42,490 bases of DNA. Origin: Candidatus Nitrosocosmicus sp. (GTDB lineage: Archaea > Thermoproteota > Nitrososphaeria > Nitrososphaerales > Nitrososphaeraceae). The translations under genes and the position numbers were made by a program. The stretch covers positions 1 through 42,490 of the forward strand of contig JBBRRF010000001.1 of the NCBI GenBank assembly GCA_038200885.1, read 5' to 3'. Shown here piece after piece: positions 7,988-17,636 of this stretch. Each line of letters opens with the position of its first letter. The stretch's first letter is position 1. Below the pieces are notes generated by a model, which was given only the letters and a program-made list of their open reading frames with translations, made no database searches and had not been told where the DNA came from.

Positions 7988-9748
7988 TTATTCTCTAATT
8001 TCGAACCTGTCTTCCCTTTTATCCAGAATTGGTGGGGAACTAAACCTTAAATATTCAAAGAGCAATTCGGATGATGCTGCTAAAAGTTCTTCGTTATTGT
8101 TTTCCCTATCGTTCCATACACCTTCAAACTGAATATATTGAAGGTTCTTGTTAATCTCGTTTTGACGGGCCTTTTGAACAAAGTGATCTTGTTCTTGCCT
8201 TATTTTAGCGATTACACCTCTTAATGTCTTAAATATCACTGGAAGGTGTCTCAACTGATCTGTATATAAGTACGAAGTGGTCGTTCTTTCTTTTTCCAAA
8301 TTCGTTCCTTTTGCATCATATACCGATTGGGCTGATGAGTGTTGATATTGATTTTGAACCACGATGAATGACTTGTTTCTAAACTCGTTTTTAATGGATA
8401 CTAGTTCTTGGGGCTTGAAAAATTCATTAAAAAAATGTAAGCATGTCTCTTGAATGACTTCATTGATTACATTATTTAGAAATAGCGTCTTATTTTCTGT
8501 CGTATCTTCTATTTCATCTAGTTCAAACTTTGAAGATTGGAATATACATTGCAGATCTGAGAATCTTGGTATTGTTTTGACCTTATTTACCAGAGACCTA
8601 GCCCTCTCTACTTCACCGATGACTGCTTCAAGGGAATGAATGGTTGACCGTACACTCACTCCTCTGTCGCTATTGATATCAGGATGGCTTCTAATCTTTT
8701 GGAAAATTCTGGTTATTGTTTTTAGCATGAAGATTGGCAAAAAAGTTTGATCTCTATTTAGCATGTCCATTTCCTGTACCAAAATTAAGGTTTCATCATC
8801 AATCGAATTGGGATAATGTGTCTCAATATGGCTCTTTAAACGATCTGCTAATGGTTCTATTATCTTTCCAGAATGAGTATAATCTATGGGATTTGCCGTT
8901 GCAATGATTTTTACATCCGGCTTGAAAAATACTGGGTAAGCACCAGTGGTAAATCTTCCTTCTTGTAGCACGCTAAGCAACGTTACTTGTTTTCGGGGAT
9001 CTAGAACTGGTAACTCGTCAAGACATAAAATCCCATATCTGGCCTGAAGTAAATATCCCGGAGAATATGAATCTATATCAAAAACTTCAATACCTTTTTT
9101 TATGATTTTAACAACATCAATCTGGCCCACTAGGTCTTTAACGGAGATGTCTGGGGTTGCCAGTATGTATCTGTACCTTTGTTTTCCGTCTAGCCATTTT
9201 ATTTTGGTGTCTAAACCATTATTCTTGATAATTTCCTCACAGTCCTTTGAAACATAAAATTCTGGAAGTATCTTGTCAACTGCATTTCCGTTTAACAAAT
9301 CGACAAGATGGGTATAAGGCATTTCGGTTGGAATATCATTTGTTAAAGTTCCTTCCACTATGGGGATGGGTGACAAAAGATTCTCTGAAATTAATTCAGC
9401 AAGTTTGGTTTTTCCTTGACCAATGTGACCTACAAGCAAAATGTCATGTCCCGCCAAGAGTGCTCTCTTTATGGCTGGGATAACTGTATTCTCAAATCCG
9501 ATAATCCCTACGAATGGATTTTCATTATTCTTGATTTTAGCAATGAGGTTTTGTCTTAGTTGATTCTTTACTGGTTGATACTTGTAATTGATTTCTAAAA
9601 GGTCTCTTAGTGTCTTTATATCCTTGTAGTTATGTGGCACTCCAAAAAAAGTGGCCTGCTTAAACGTGGGCGATGTAGCATATGCGGTTTTAACCAATTT
9701 TAGAATAGAATCTGCGCGAGACAATCTTTGTGTGAAATTAGTTCCCAT
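7988..9748 (-). CDS. AAA+ ATPase, Mg-chelatase-subunit-like/MoxR-related
   Basis: Walker A GHIGQGKT, Walker B ILCLDEL, sensor ATANPIDYTHSGKIIEPLADR and GVSVR sensor-2. Confidence 0.85.
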   Translation of the reverse strand: MGTNFTQRLSRADSILKLVKTAYATSPTFKQATFFGVPHNYKDIKTLRDLLEINYKYQPVKNQLRQNLIAKIKNNENPFVGIIGFENTVIPAIKRALLAGHDILLVGHIGQGKTKLAELISENLLSPIPIVEGTLTNDIPTEMPYTHLVDLLNGNAVDKILPEFYVSKDCEEIIKNNGLDTKIKWLDGKQRYRYILATPDISVKDLVGQIDVVKIIKKGIEVFDIDSYSPGYLLQARYGILCLDELPVLDPRKQVTLLSVLQEGRFTTGAYPVFFKPDVKIIATANPIDYTHSGKIIEPLADRLKSHIETHYPNSIDDETLILVQEMDMLNRDQTFLPIFMLKTITRIFQKIRSHPDINSDRGVSVRSTIHSLEAVIGEVERARSLVNKVKTIPRFSDLQCIFQSSKFELDEIEDTTENKTLFLNNVINEVIQETCLHFFNEFFKPQELVSIKNEFRNKSFIVVQNQYQHSSAQSVYDAKGTNLEKERTTTSYLYTDQLRHLPVIFKTLRGVIAKIRQEQDHFVQKARQNEINKNLQYIQFEGVWNDRENNNEELLAASSELLFEYLRFSSPPILDKREDRFEIRE

Positions 9749-9797
9749 TTATTTAAAAATCTATGCAAATAGATGGATTTCTTAAATTTCACATAGG

Positions 9798-10262
<465 letters not shown>

Positions 10263-10439
10263 TGATTTTTTTTAAAATCTTATCCTATAAAAATCAAAAT
10301 GTCATAACTAACAATTATCTAACCTATCCCAATAATTTTTACTCCTTCGTTGATAAAAGATTTGCAAGGGTCATGAAAGGATAATCTCAATTGACCTCCT
10401 ACCATATGGGTTTGAATTGTTATTTCTAAAGATTTGTTA

Positions 10440-10459
10440 TGTGTGTGTGTCGGGGGGGG
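10440..10459. repeat. (TG)n dinucleotide run followed by a G8 homopolymer
   Basis: tgtgtgtgtgtcgggggggg in an intergenic region. Confidence 0.85.
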
Positions 10460-10568
10460 ATATGGTAGCAGCACGAGTTTACAAATGGCCAATAGAAATT
10501 TTTACTGATGGGATAACTTTGTATTGATAAGGTAGGTACTAAATATCCTTATTTCTATTCATAAAGTA

Positions 10569-11168
10569 TCAGGAATTAAGGAATACCTTGGCCACGGTTG
10601 TGTTAGGTGTACTTGATATATCCACCTTAACATTCCCCAAATTTTCAAATATAAGAATAAGGAATTCCTTGATGAACAGAGACCATATTTCTCCTAATTT
10701 ATGCTGTATAACGTAAACGTGTTTTCCATCTTCTTCGATTCTGTGATCAGAATTTATTCCTATTACCTTCATATACTGTTCGAGTACCTCTAAGACTGAA
10801 AATAGACTATAATTTTTCTTTATGAGGAGCACAGAATCCTTTAAAAAGTTGAAGGCTATTTGTGAAAGTTCTTTTACTAAAGATTCCTGAAATTTTGAAA
10901 TATCTTCAATTCCATTTTCAGAACCTGTTCTGATTACTTGGTCCATCACGCTAGACAGTATTATCTTGGGTATTGGGATCATTCCAATTTTATTCTCGTA
11001 TCTTTCCCAGTTGGAGTATCTCCGTAGAATTTGATTAATAAGTACATTCAAAGATGTTTCTCTGTAATCAGCTTCAAATTGTAATTCTTCTATAACTGAG
11101 CTTTCGAGTCTAAAGGTGATGCTTCTCGTCTTGCTTGGTTTATTCTCATAGGCTTCATTCTCTTTCAA
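10569..11168 (-). CDS. Hypothetical protein with probable N-terminal ribbon-helix-helix DNA-binding motif
   Basis: TRSITFRLESSVIEELQFEA...SLNVLINQILRRY fits the RHH strand-helix-helix pattern. Confidence 0.7.
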   Translation of the reverse strand: MKENEAYENKPSKTRSITFRLESSVIEELQFEADYRETSLNVLINQILRRYSNWERYENKIGMIPIPKIILSSVMDQVIRTGSENGIEDISKFQESLVKELSQIAFNFLKDSVLLIKKNYSLFSVLEVLEQYMKVIGINSDHRIEEDGKHVYVIQHKLGEIWSLFIKEFLILIFENLGNVKVDISSTPNTTVAKVFLNS

Positions 11169-11637
11169 TTCTATTGTAAATCCTTATATCATAAATGTAA
11201 ATTTGTTATTATGTCTTTTATCTTGGTTCTTAGACAGAATTAGCCAGCGGGGTTATAATCTTCAGCCTGACGACCAAATTCCGTTTTATGAGCATCGTTT
11301 AAAAAGACTAGATAATTCTTCTATTAGTTACTAAAAATTCTGATTATTGACTATTAGATTGTTTCAAATAATCTTAAAATATCGATACATAGAATTTCTT
11401 GATTATTATTGACGGTACTTCAATGCAATATCTATAATTCCTGCTCGCAAAAATTGACTACGTACTTATTTCATTACCATGCGTTACAATTTGAGTAAAT
11501 TCCATGTTTCTTTCGGATAAAGTAAATATAGTGCAAAAAACTACTTACTAAAATAAGCCATTATGCAGACATGCTATGTCTTGTCTCTTCTCCTCGAAAT
11601 GTCATTCCAAAAAAAAGTAATGCTAAGAATAAAATGA

Positions 11638-12396
11638 TCAATGCGAATGGCTTTTTATGTGGATGTGCATCGATGATTCTGCAAATGTCTTGAGATTACT
11701 TTCATTGTTAAAAAAGTCTTCTGAAATTCCATGAAAAAAAAGTTTCCGATAAAGACAAGCCACTTTATTTGAAAGCAAACTCACCGCATCTAGATCATGT
11801 GAAGACCAAATAATTGTAATTTTTCTTTCCTTGTTCAGTTTTGTCAAAAGTTTGTAGAATAATTTCAATACGGCTGCATCTATAGCTGTATCCGGTTCGT
11901 CCAAAATCAGCAATTCTGGATCATGGATAAGTGCTTTAGTTATCATGACCCTTTGTTGTTGTCCTCCTGACAGATCGCCTATTCTTTTATTAAGATATTC
12001 CGTTATACCTGTCAATTCCATCAAATCTTTAACTTTTTTTTCATCAAAAGCTTTCCCCACGACGGAACCTAATTGTATTATTTCCTTTACTGTAGCAGGA
12101 AACCTGGGATCAAAACTATTTGACTGGGGGATATATCCTATCTTTTTATAAATCTCTTTTGCATGATTTCTAATGTCTTTATCAAATAATCTTATATTGC
12201 CAGTATACTCTTTGTTCAACCCTAACAGACATTTAAAAAGAGTAGTTTTACCTGCGCCATTTGGGCCAATAATACCTAAGAAATCTCCACTGTCTATTTC
12301 AAAGGATATATTATCTAAAATAACTTCTGAGCCATTTCTGTAACTCACATTGTCTATTTTGACAAGAGGAGTTGAAGCTATTTTATGTGCAGACAT
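11638..12396 (-). CDS. znuC: Metal (Zn/Mn) ABC transporter ATP-binding protein, ZnuC-like
   Basis: GPNGAGKT, IGYIPQ, FPATVKE, LSGGQQQR and LILDEP motifs, with a His-rich tail MHIHIKSHSH. Confidence 0.85.
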   Translation of the reverse strand: MSAHKIASTPLVKIDNVSYRNGSEVILDNISFEIDSGDFLGIIGPNGAGKTTLFKCLLGLNKEYTGNIRLFDKDIRNHAKEIYKKIGYIPQSNSFDPRFPATVKEIIQLGSVVGKAFDEKKVKDLMELTGITEYLNKRIGDLSGGQQQRVMITKALIHDPELLILDEPDTAIDAAVLKLFYKLLTKLNKERKITIIWSSHDLDAVSLLSNKVACLYRKLFFHGISEDFFNNESNLKTFAESSMHIHIKSHSH

Positions 12397-12407
12397 ATAT
12401 TCATTGT

Positions 12408-12458
12408 AAATGAAAGAAATGAAGGTTTATAAATCTAAATCTAAATACCCTTTCATTT
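12408..12458 (-). promoter_or_regulatory. Putative TATA box (TTTATAAA, 12426-12433) flanked by a 9-bp inverted repeat
   Basis: TATA-like element ~30 bp upstream of the znuC ATG, between aaatgaaag (12408-12416) and ctttcattt (12450-12458). Confidence 0.4.
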
Positions 12459-12579
12459 GATTCCTGTACATCACGTAAAGAAAATCCATCCTTGAATTAT
12501 ATAATTTTTGATCAGGTCGTTACCAAACAAGATAATTTGTCTAAAAGCTCGGAGTAAAAGTAGTTATTTACCTGTTAAA

Positions 12580-13872
12580 TCATAAGCCAGGGATGTTAAA
12601 ATTAGGTAAATCTGGGAGCTTAAATTCTGGAAACGGTGGTAGTTTGAAATTTGGGAACGGGGTATATGGCTGGGGGTTGTCATAATTGGGTCCCGACTGT
12701 GATTGAATTTGTTGCAAAGGCAAATTCGGTCTGGCCTCCAAAGTCGCAACAAGGTTTATTGTTTGCCAGTTACGGTTAAGGGTCAAATTTACTTTTTCTC
12801 CTACGTTCTTGTTAATGTCTAAATAGGAAATTATATCATCAATTCTTGAAACAGGATTGCTGTCTATTGCAATTATAATATCTTTATCTAGTATTTGTTG
12901 TTCACCAAATCTGTTTCCTTGAATCAACATTCCTTTCAAACCTGCTTTGTCCGCAGGTCCATTTTGCACAACATCTTCAATTAATACACCTTTGTAATTA
13001 AGAGGTAATCCGAACATTTCAGCTAAAGTGGGTGATAACTTTGAACCTGATATACCTAACCAAGGATGCTGGTATGTACCTGTTTTTATTAAAGGAAGTA
13101 TTATTCTAGTGATATCGTTGGAAGGAATTGCAAATCCAACTCCTGTGTAAGCTCCTGTATTTGAAAATATCGCAGTGTTCATGCCTACGACTTTACCATC
13201 AAGGTCTATCAGGGGCCCTCCTGAATTGCCTGGATTAATAGCAGCATCTGTCTGAATTACATTGGGAATCGAGTAACCTAAGTCTGAGTTTGGCAATAAT
13301 CTACCGATTTGACTAACAATACCAAATGTTAGAGTATTATCAAGCCCATATGGGTTACCAATAGCCAAAACCGGATCGCCAACTTTTAGGGAGGAAGAGT
13401 TTGATAACGTTACTGGAATCAATTTTTCGTCCACCGGATTGTCCAGTTTCAGTATAGATATGTCTCCATAGGGATCTACACCAACCACTTTAGCAGTATA
13501 GCTGTTACCATTATTGAAAGTAGCTATTATGTTAGTTGCCGAGCTGACAACGTGGTAATTCGTTATTATGATGCCTGATTTGTCGTAAACAAATCCAGAA
13601 CCAAACTTCATTGAGTATGGACTATTACCTGTCGAATCGTAGGACCTAGTTGAAGGATCTGCAGGTTGATATTCAGTACTTATTTGAACCACAGAATCTT
13701 TTACTTTATTGAATATATCGTTTAACAATGAATTATTCCCATTGCCAAACAAACCTTGATGTTGTTCTAAGCTTTGATTTTGACCAAATGCTTGTGGGGA
13801 ATGAATAATTGCTAAACTCGCAGAAACTATCACAATCAACCAGAAATATTTCTTTTTGGACAAAAAAATCAA
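12580..13872 (-). CDS. htrA: HtrA/DegP-family serine protease with PDZ domain, exported
   Basis: Signal peptide, GSGF, TNYHVV, D-I-S, IQTDAAINPGNSGGPL catalytic motif and PDZ domain (PWLGI...GPADKAGL). Confidence 0.93.
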   Translation of the reverse strand: MIFLSKKKYFWLIVIVSASLAIIHSPQAFGQNQSLEQHQGLFGNGNNSLLNDIFNKVKDSVVQISTEYQPADPSTRSYDSTGNSPYSMKFGSGFVYDKSGIIITNYHVVSSATNIIATFNNGNSYTAKVVGVDPYGDISILKLDNPVDEKLIPVTLSNSSSLKVGDPVLAIGNPYGLDNTLTFGIVSQIGRLLPNSDLGYSIPNVIQTDAAINPGNSGGPLIDLDGKVVGMNTAIFSNTGAYTGVGFAIPSNDITRIILPLIKTGTYQHPWLGISGSKLSPTLAEMFGLPLNYKGVLIEDVVQNGPADKAGLKGMLIQGNRFGEQQILDKDIIIAIDSNPVSRIDDIISYLDINKNVGEKVNLTLNRNWQTINLVATLEARPNLPLQQIQSQSGPNYDNPQPYTPFPNFKLPPFPEFKLPDLPNFNIPGL

Positions 13873-14116
13873 TATGAGACTATAGTCCTGATTATATTTA
13901 TATTCTATACTTCATGCGTTTTATATCTCTAGAAGATTAGATTGAAAATTTGATTCAATGCGTTGTAATATGAATTCTAAATATCTATTTGATTTTAAAA
14001 TATTCAATCAGCCCAGAGACCTCGGGGGATGACTTGATAATTCTACCCAAACCAATTCATGAATAATAACAAAGTACAAGACCTGCATTGATCGGTCGAA
14101 ATTTAGTATTGAAGGA

Positions 14117-14132
14117 TTTGCTAATTAGCAAA
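14117..14132. promoter_or_regulatory. Perfect 16-bp palindrome TTTGCTAATTAGCAAA, possible transcription-factor site
   Basis: Exact palindrome in the spacer between divergent genes. The function is inferred only. Confidence 0.35.
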
Positions 14133-14467
14133 AAGTTTTCGTCTAAGAGGTCTACGATCTTTTTAAAAATTCTTTATTCTGATGAAAACAATTGCTTTGT
14201 ATTCCCGTAGCCACATATTTCCAATTCTCAAACTGTGACCGTATTTCTTCGGTTTACTTACATTGTAACTTGAAAAAACTGAAAATACATGGTTTGTTTT
14301 GATATTCGGGTAAACCTATCATAAAATAAATAAGATCACTAGTATTTTAGAGGCTACTAGTTAAGGTTTGATTGGCATTTGAAATACTGAACGAACTTTG
14401 TTCTTGAGAATTCACTTGGAGTATTTTGTAGAATGGGTTAAATAATTTATTTCGAACTTTTTGTAGG

Positions 14468-14803
14468 ATGCAATATCTCTGGATAAATTCGTTAGTATTT
14501 TCAGCCCTTATGATTACCATTTCAAGTATCGCAGGAACCCCTCTGCATACAGAGAAGGCGTACTCTCAGGCTGTAGATTTGATACAAATTAACAGTGGAA
14601 ACCAAACCTTAGATGGCGGATTACCACAGTTTTATGACTGCATTGATGAAAAAATCGATTCAAGCAAGGGGGTTGAGGAAGATTCATACTTTGAAAAGGA
14701 ACCAACCAAACATGAAGTAAAAAGTTGCTATAATGAAATTCTTTTGGGAAGTACTCCACATGATGATGATAATGATGAAGATATCGAATTCGGAGGCGAA
14801 TAA
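14468..14803 (+). CDS. Small secreted protein with two Cys and an acidic tail
   Basis: Signal peptide ending around AYSQ, then FYDC-x28-CYNEIL. Confidence 0.75.
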   Translation: MQYLWINSLVFSALMITISSIAGTPLHTEKAYSQAVDLIQINSGNQTLDGGLPQFYDCIDEKIDSSKGVEEDSYFEKEPTKHEVKSCYNEILLGSTPHDDDNDEDIEFGGE

Positions 14804-14809
14804 TCTGCA

Positions 14810-15049
14810 ATGATCATAAATCAAAATTTAAAAACTGCTTTAAAAGTATCGTGCATTGTTTTCTCGGTATTGATATTGGCACAATTAATGGTCGTTGAAC
14901 CAGCTAACGCTTTAACTAGGTATTTTAATTGTGTCACAAGAGCTGCAAACCACAATGGATCTTTCTCGGTCGATAATGCAGAAGCATGCTATGATAAGGT
15001 ATTCAAAGGCGCACTAGATAACGATGATTTCGGTAAACCAATAAGATAA
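14810..15049 (+). CDS. Small secreted protein with two Cys
   Basis: Signal peptide ending ANA, then YFNC-x18-CYDKVF. Starts 6 bp after the previous stop. Confidence 0.75.
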   Translation: MIINQNLKTALKVSCIVFSVLILAQLMVVEPANALTRYFNCVTRAANHNGSFSVDNAEACYDKVFKGALDNDDFGKPIR

Positions 15050-15262
15050 CTAACAAGAAAAAAAACAAAAGGTTTTGGATAAGAAGTTACTTTTTTAAGA
15101 TATCTATGCCCTGGCAATTTCCTACCTTTTTACTTTAATCAATTAGCATAAAATGAAAATGACACATATTTACAATAATGGCGTAGACATTTCTCTTTTT
15201 TTTAGTAGATGAATGTGATTTTTTGATTCGGAATTTTTGGTCTATATCAAAAAATAATTAGC

Positions 15263-15402
15263 TGCTTTGTTGCCTAATTTAAATTTCCTTTCATTTTGTG
15301 ACATTTTTAGTCAAAGATAATTTTTAACGATTAACGGATTCGGTATAGTATGGCATAAAAAGTACTATTGGATGACGATATCCATAATTAGGCAACAAAG
15401 CA
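15263..15402. mobile_element. MITE (non-autonomous IS derivative), probably IS5-family related
   Basis: Perfect 17-bp TIRs TGCTTTGTTGCCTAATT (15263-15279) and AATTAGGCAACAAAGCA (15386-15402), flanked by the direct repeat TAATTAGC (15255-15262 and 15403-15410). No transposase inside. Confidence 0.88.
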
Positions 15403-15507
15403 TAATTAGCTACTATGAATCAACCAAACAACCAACAACAATTAGAACAATAACTGGCCCAGGTCATTTTTGCAAATATTTTTACCGTAAATCTACATAA
15501 TTAGAGT

Positions 15508-15841
15508 ATGCAAGACTTCAATTAGGATTAACTTGACTCTACTACAAGTGGTCCAAATTCCTTAATTTTGTTTTATGCTGATTGGTGCTTTTATTGTAAA
15601 AGTTTCTTACCTATATTTGAAAATTCGGTTAAAAACTTGAGAGATAATAAAATCCTTATTGTTGGTGTAAAACTGAACGAGGATGAAAACCCATTGTGGG
15701 ATAAATATGATGTCAACGCAGTACCAGCCTTAATCGCCTTCTCTAAAAACACCATCAAGGAACGTAGAGATGCCAAAATGGGAGTAGGGATTACAAAGAG
15801 ATATGGAGGCGATTTTGTCTGATATTGGAACAAAAATGTAA
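15508..15841 (+). pseudogene. Thioredoxin family pseudogene
   Basis: ATG 15508 is in frame with LFYADWCFYC...WDKYDVNAVPALIAF but is followed by TAG (15523) and TAA (15529). Near 15800 a frameshift appears to separate the tail MEAILSDIGTKM-TAA (15803-15841). Confidence 0.8.
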
Positions 15842-15907
15842 AATCGTTTTCTAAATGAAGTTACCTTTTTATCTATTTGACAACTGAAAACTATTATAAA
15901 GAGATGT

Positions 15908-17575
15908 TTGAAATGGAGTGGTGGGCATGACAAAAATGAAGAGTTTGATGATGATATGTACAACATAAATAGGTATTTGAAATTAAAGGAAAAACTTAAA
16001 GAATTACGTACTATAGCCTTGACTGGTATCGCAGAAGCAGGATCTGGACATCCTGGTGCATCATTTTCAGCTGCAGAGATTATGGGCTGCCTATATTTTC
16101 AGATAATGAATAATGATATTAAGCATCCCTCTAATCCTGATCGAGACTATTTCATCAATTCAAAGGCTCATTCAGCCCCGGGATATTATGCTACTTTGTC
16201 CCTTGTTGGATCTTTCCCAAAGGAAGAAATCAAGACTTTACGAAAATTGAATTCACGTTTACAAGGCCATCCTGTAAGATATAGCGAAATGCAAAAGCAC
16301 CACAGCGTGCCGGGAATTGAATACTCTGGTGGGTCTGAAGGTATCGGTCTTTCTGTATCAATTGGAATATGCCTAGCTAATAAGCTTGATGAGCGACACA
16401 ATATGGTGTACTGTCTCTTGGGTGATGGCGAGACCAATGAAGGTCAGATTTGGGAAGCATCAATGGCTGCTGCAAAATTCAAACTTAATAACCTTATTGC
16501 GATATTGGATAGAAATAAAATTCAGCAAGATGGATTTACTGAGGAAATTATGCCAATCGACCCTGTCAAAGAAAAATGGCTTTCTTTTAACTGGGAAGTG
16601 GTTGAAATTAATGGTCATAAGATTGAACAGCTGATTCCAGAACTTTTAAAAAGGCCTGTCGATAAGCCCAAAATAATAATAGCAAATACTGTGAAGGGGA
16701 ACGGGATAAAACATATGGCTAACAATCCTCAGTGGCATGGGAAAGCCCCTTCAAAAAAACACTTACCGTTGTTAGTAAAGGAACTGGAAGGCGAGTATAT
16801 GATTTCTCCTTCTATTATAGCAGGAGCGGATGGAATCGGTGAGGAAAGTTTGAAACAAAAAATAGCAACAGCCGAGCGATACGGTGCAGATATGATACAT
16901 TTAGATGTGATGGATGGAAAATTTGTTCCAAACTCGACCTTCTTCTTTGATACTATCAAGAAATTACGTGATGGGACGAGATTGCCCTTTGATGCTCATT
17001 TGATGATCCAAAAGCCTGACTTTGTCTTGGACTGTTATATAGATGCCGGATGTGATGTTATAACTGTTCATGCAGAGGCTTGTAGTAACGAACAAGAATT
17101 TGAGAGGATCAATTCTAAACTGATATCAAGTGGTGTTAGCCCTGGACTAGCTGTAAACCCCAACACTGAATTGCCAGAATGGATTTTCTCCTATCTTGAT
17201 AATCTTGATGTAATTATAATAATGTCTGTAAATCCTGGTTTTGCTGGTCAAAAATTCATTCCGAAAGTTTTGCCTAAAATGAAAAAGGTTATCCCTCTAC
17301 TAAGGGAGCGGGGATTCAAGGGCTATTTTGAAGCTGATGGTGGAATAGATCTGTCGACGATAACTGAGTGTTTTGATGCTGGTTGTAGAATATTTGTAAT
17401 GGGGAATGCAATATTTGGTCATAGCGATGTTGACAAGAGAATTAGGGAAACTAGGTTTTTACTCGATTCTTATCTAGAAAGGAGTTTGCTCGATCAATCT
17501 CAGGCCCTAAATCTCGAAGAAGATTGGATTAAGGGTCGTAGGAACATAATAGAACAATTTAATTTATCGAGATAA
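15908..17575 (+). CDS. Transketolase N-terminal (TPP-binding) subunit fused to ribulose-phosphate 3-epimerase
   Basis: SGHPG, LQGHP, GDGETNEG...N and WHGK in the transketolase part, followed by ISPSI, HLDVMDGKFVPN, DAHLM, MSVNPGFAGQ and EADGG of Rpe. Confidence 0.95.
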   Translation: MKWSGGHDKNEEFDDDMYNINRYLKLKEKLKELRTIALTGIAEAGSGHPGASFSAAEIMGCLYFQIMNNDIKHPSNPDRDYFINSKAHSAPGYYATLSLVGSFPKEEIKTLRKLNSRLQGHPVRYSEMQKHHSVPGIEYSGGSEGIGLSVSIGICLANKLDERHNMVYCLLGDGETNEGQIWEASMAAAKFKLNNLIAILDRNKIQQDGFTEEIMPIDPVKEKWLSFNWEVVEINGHKIEQLIPELLKRPVDKPKIIIANTVKGNGIKHMANNPQWHGKAPSKKHLPLLVKELEGEYMISPSIIAGADGIGEESLKQKIATAERYGADMIHLDVMDGKFVPNSTFFFDTIKKLRDGTRLPFDAHLMIQKPDFVLDCYIDAGCDVITVHAEACSNEQEFERINSKLISSGVSPGLAVNPNTELPEWIFSYLDNLDVIIIMSVNPGFAGQKFIPKVLPKMKKVIPLLRERGFKGYFEADGGIDLSTITECFDAGCRIFVMGNAIFGHSDVDKRIRETRFLLDSYLERSLLDQSQALNLEEDWIKGRRNIIEQFNLSR

Positions 17576-17636
17576 ATGAACACTAATGACGAGGGTGCAA
17601 AAATGTTTGATATTGAAAAAAAAGATATAATGTATA

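Noticed and set aside
11203-11334. 43-codon TTG-started frame (MLLCLLSWFLDRISQRGY...) and a possible permease remnant downstream of znuC
   Set aside because: No recognisable motif or ZnuB similarity. Compatible with chance.
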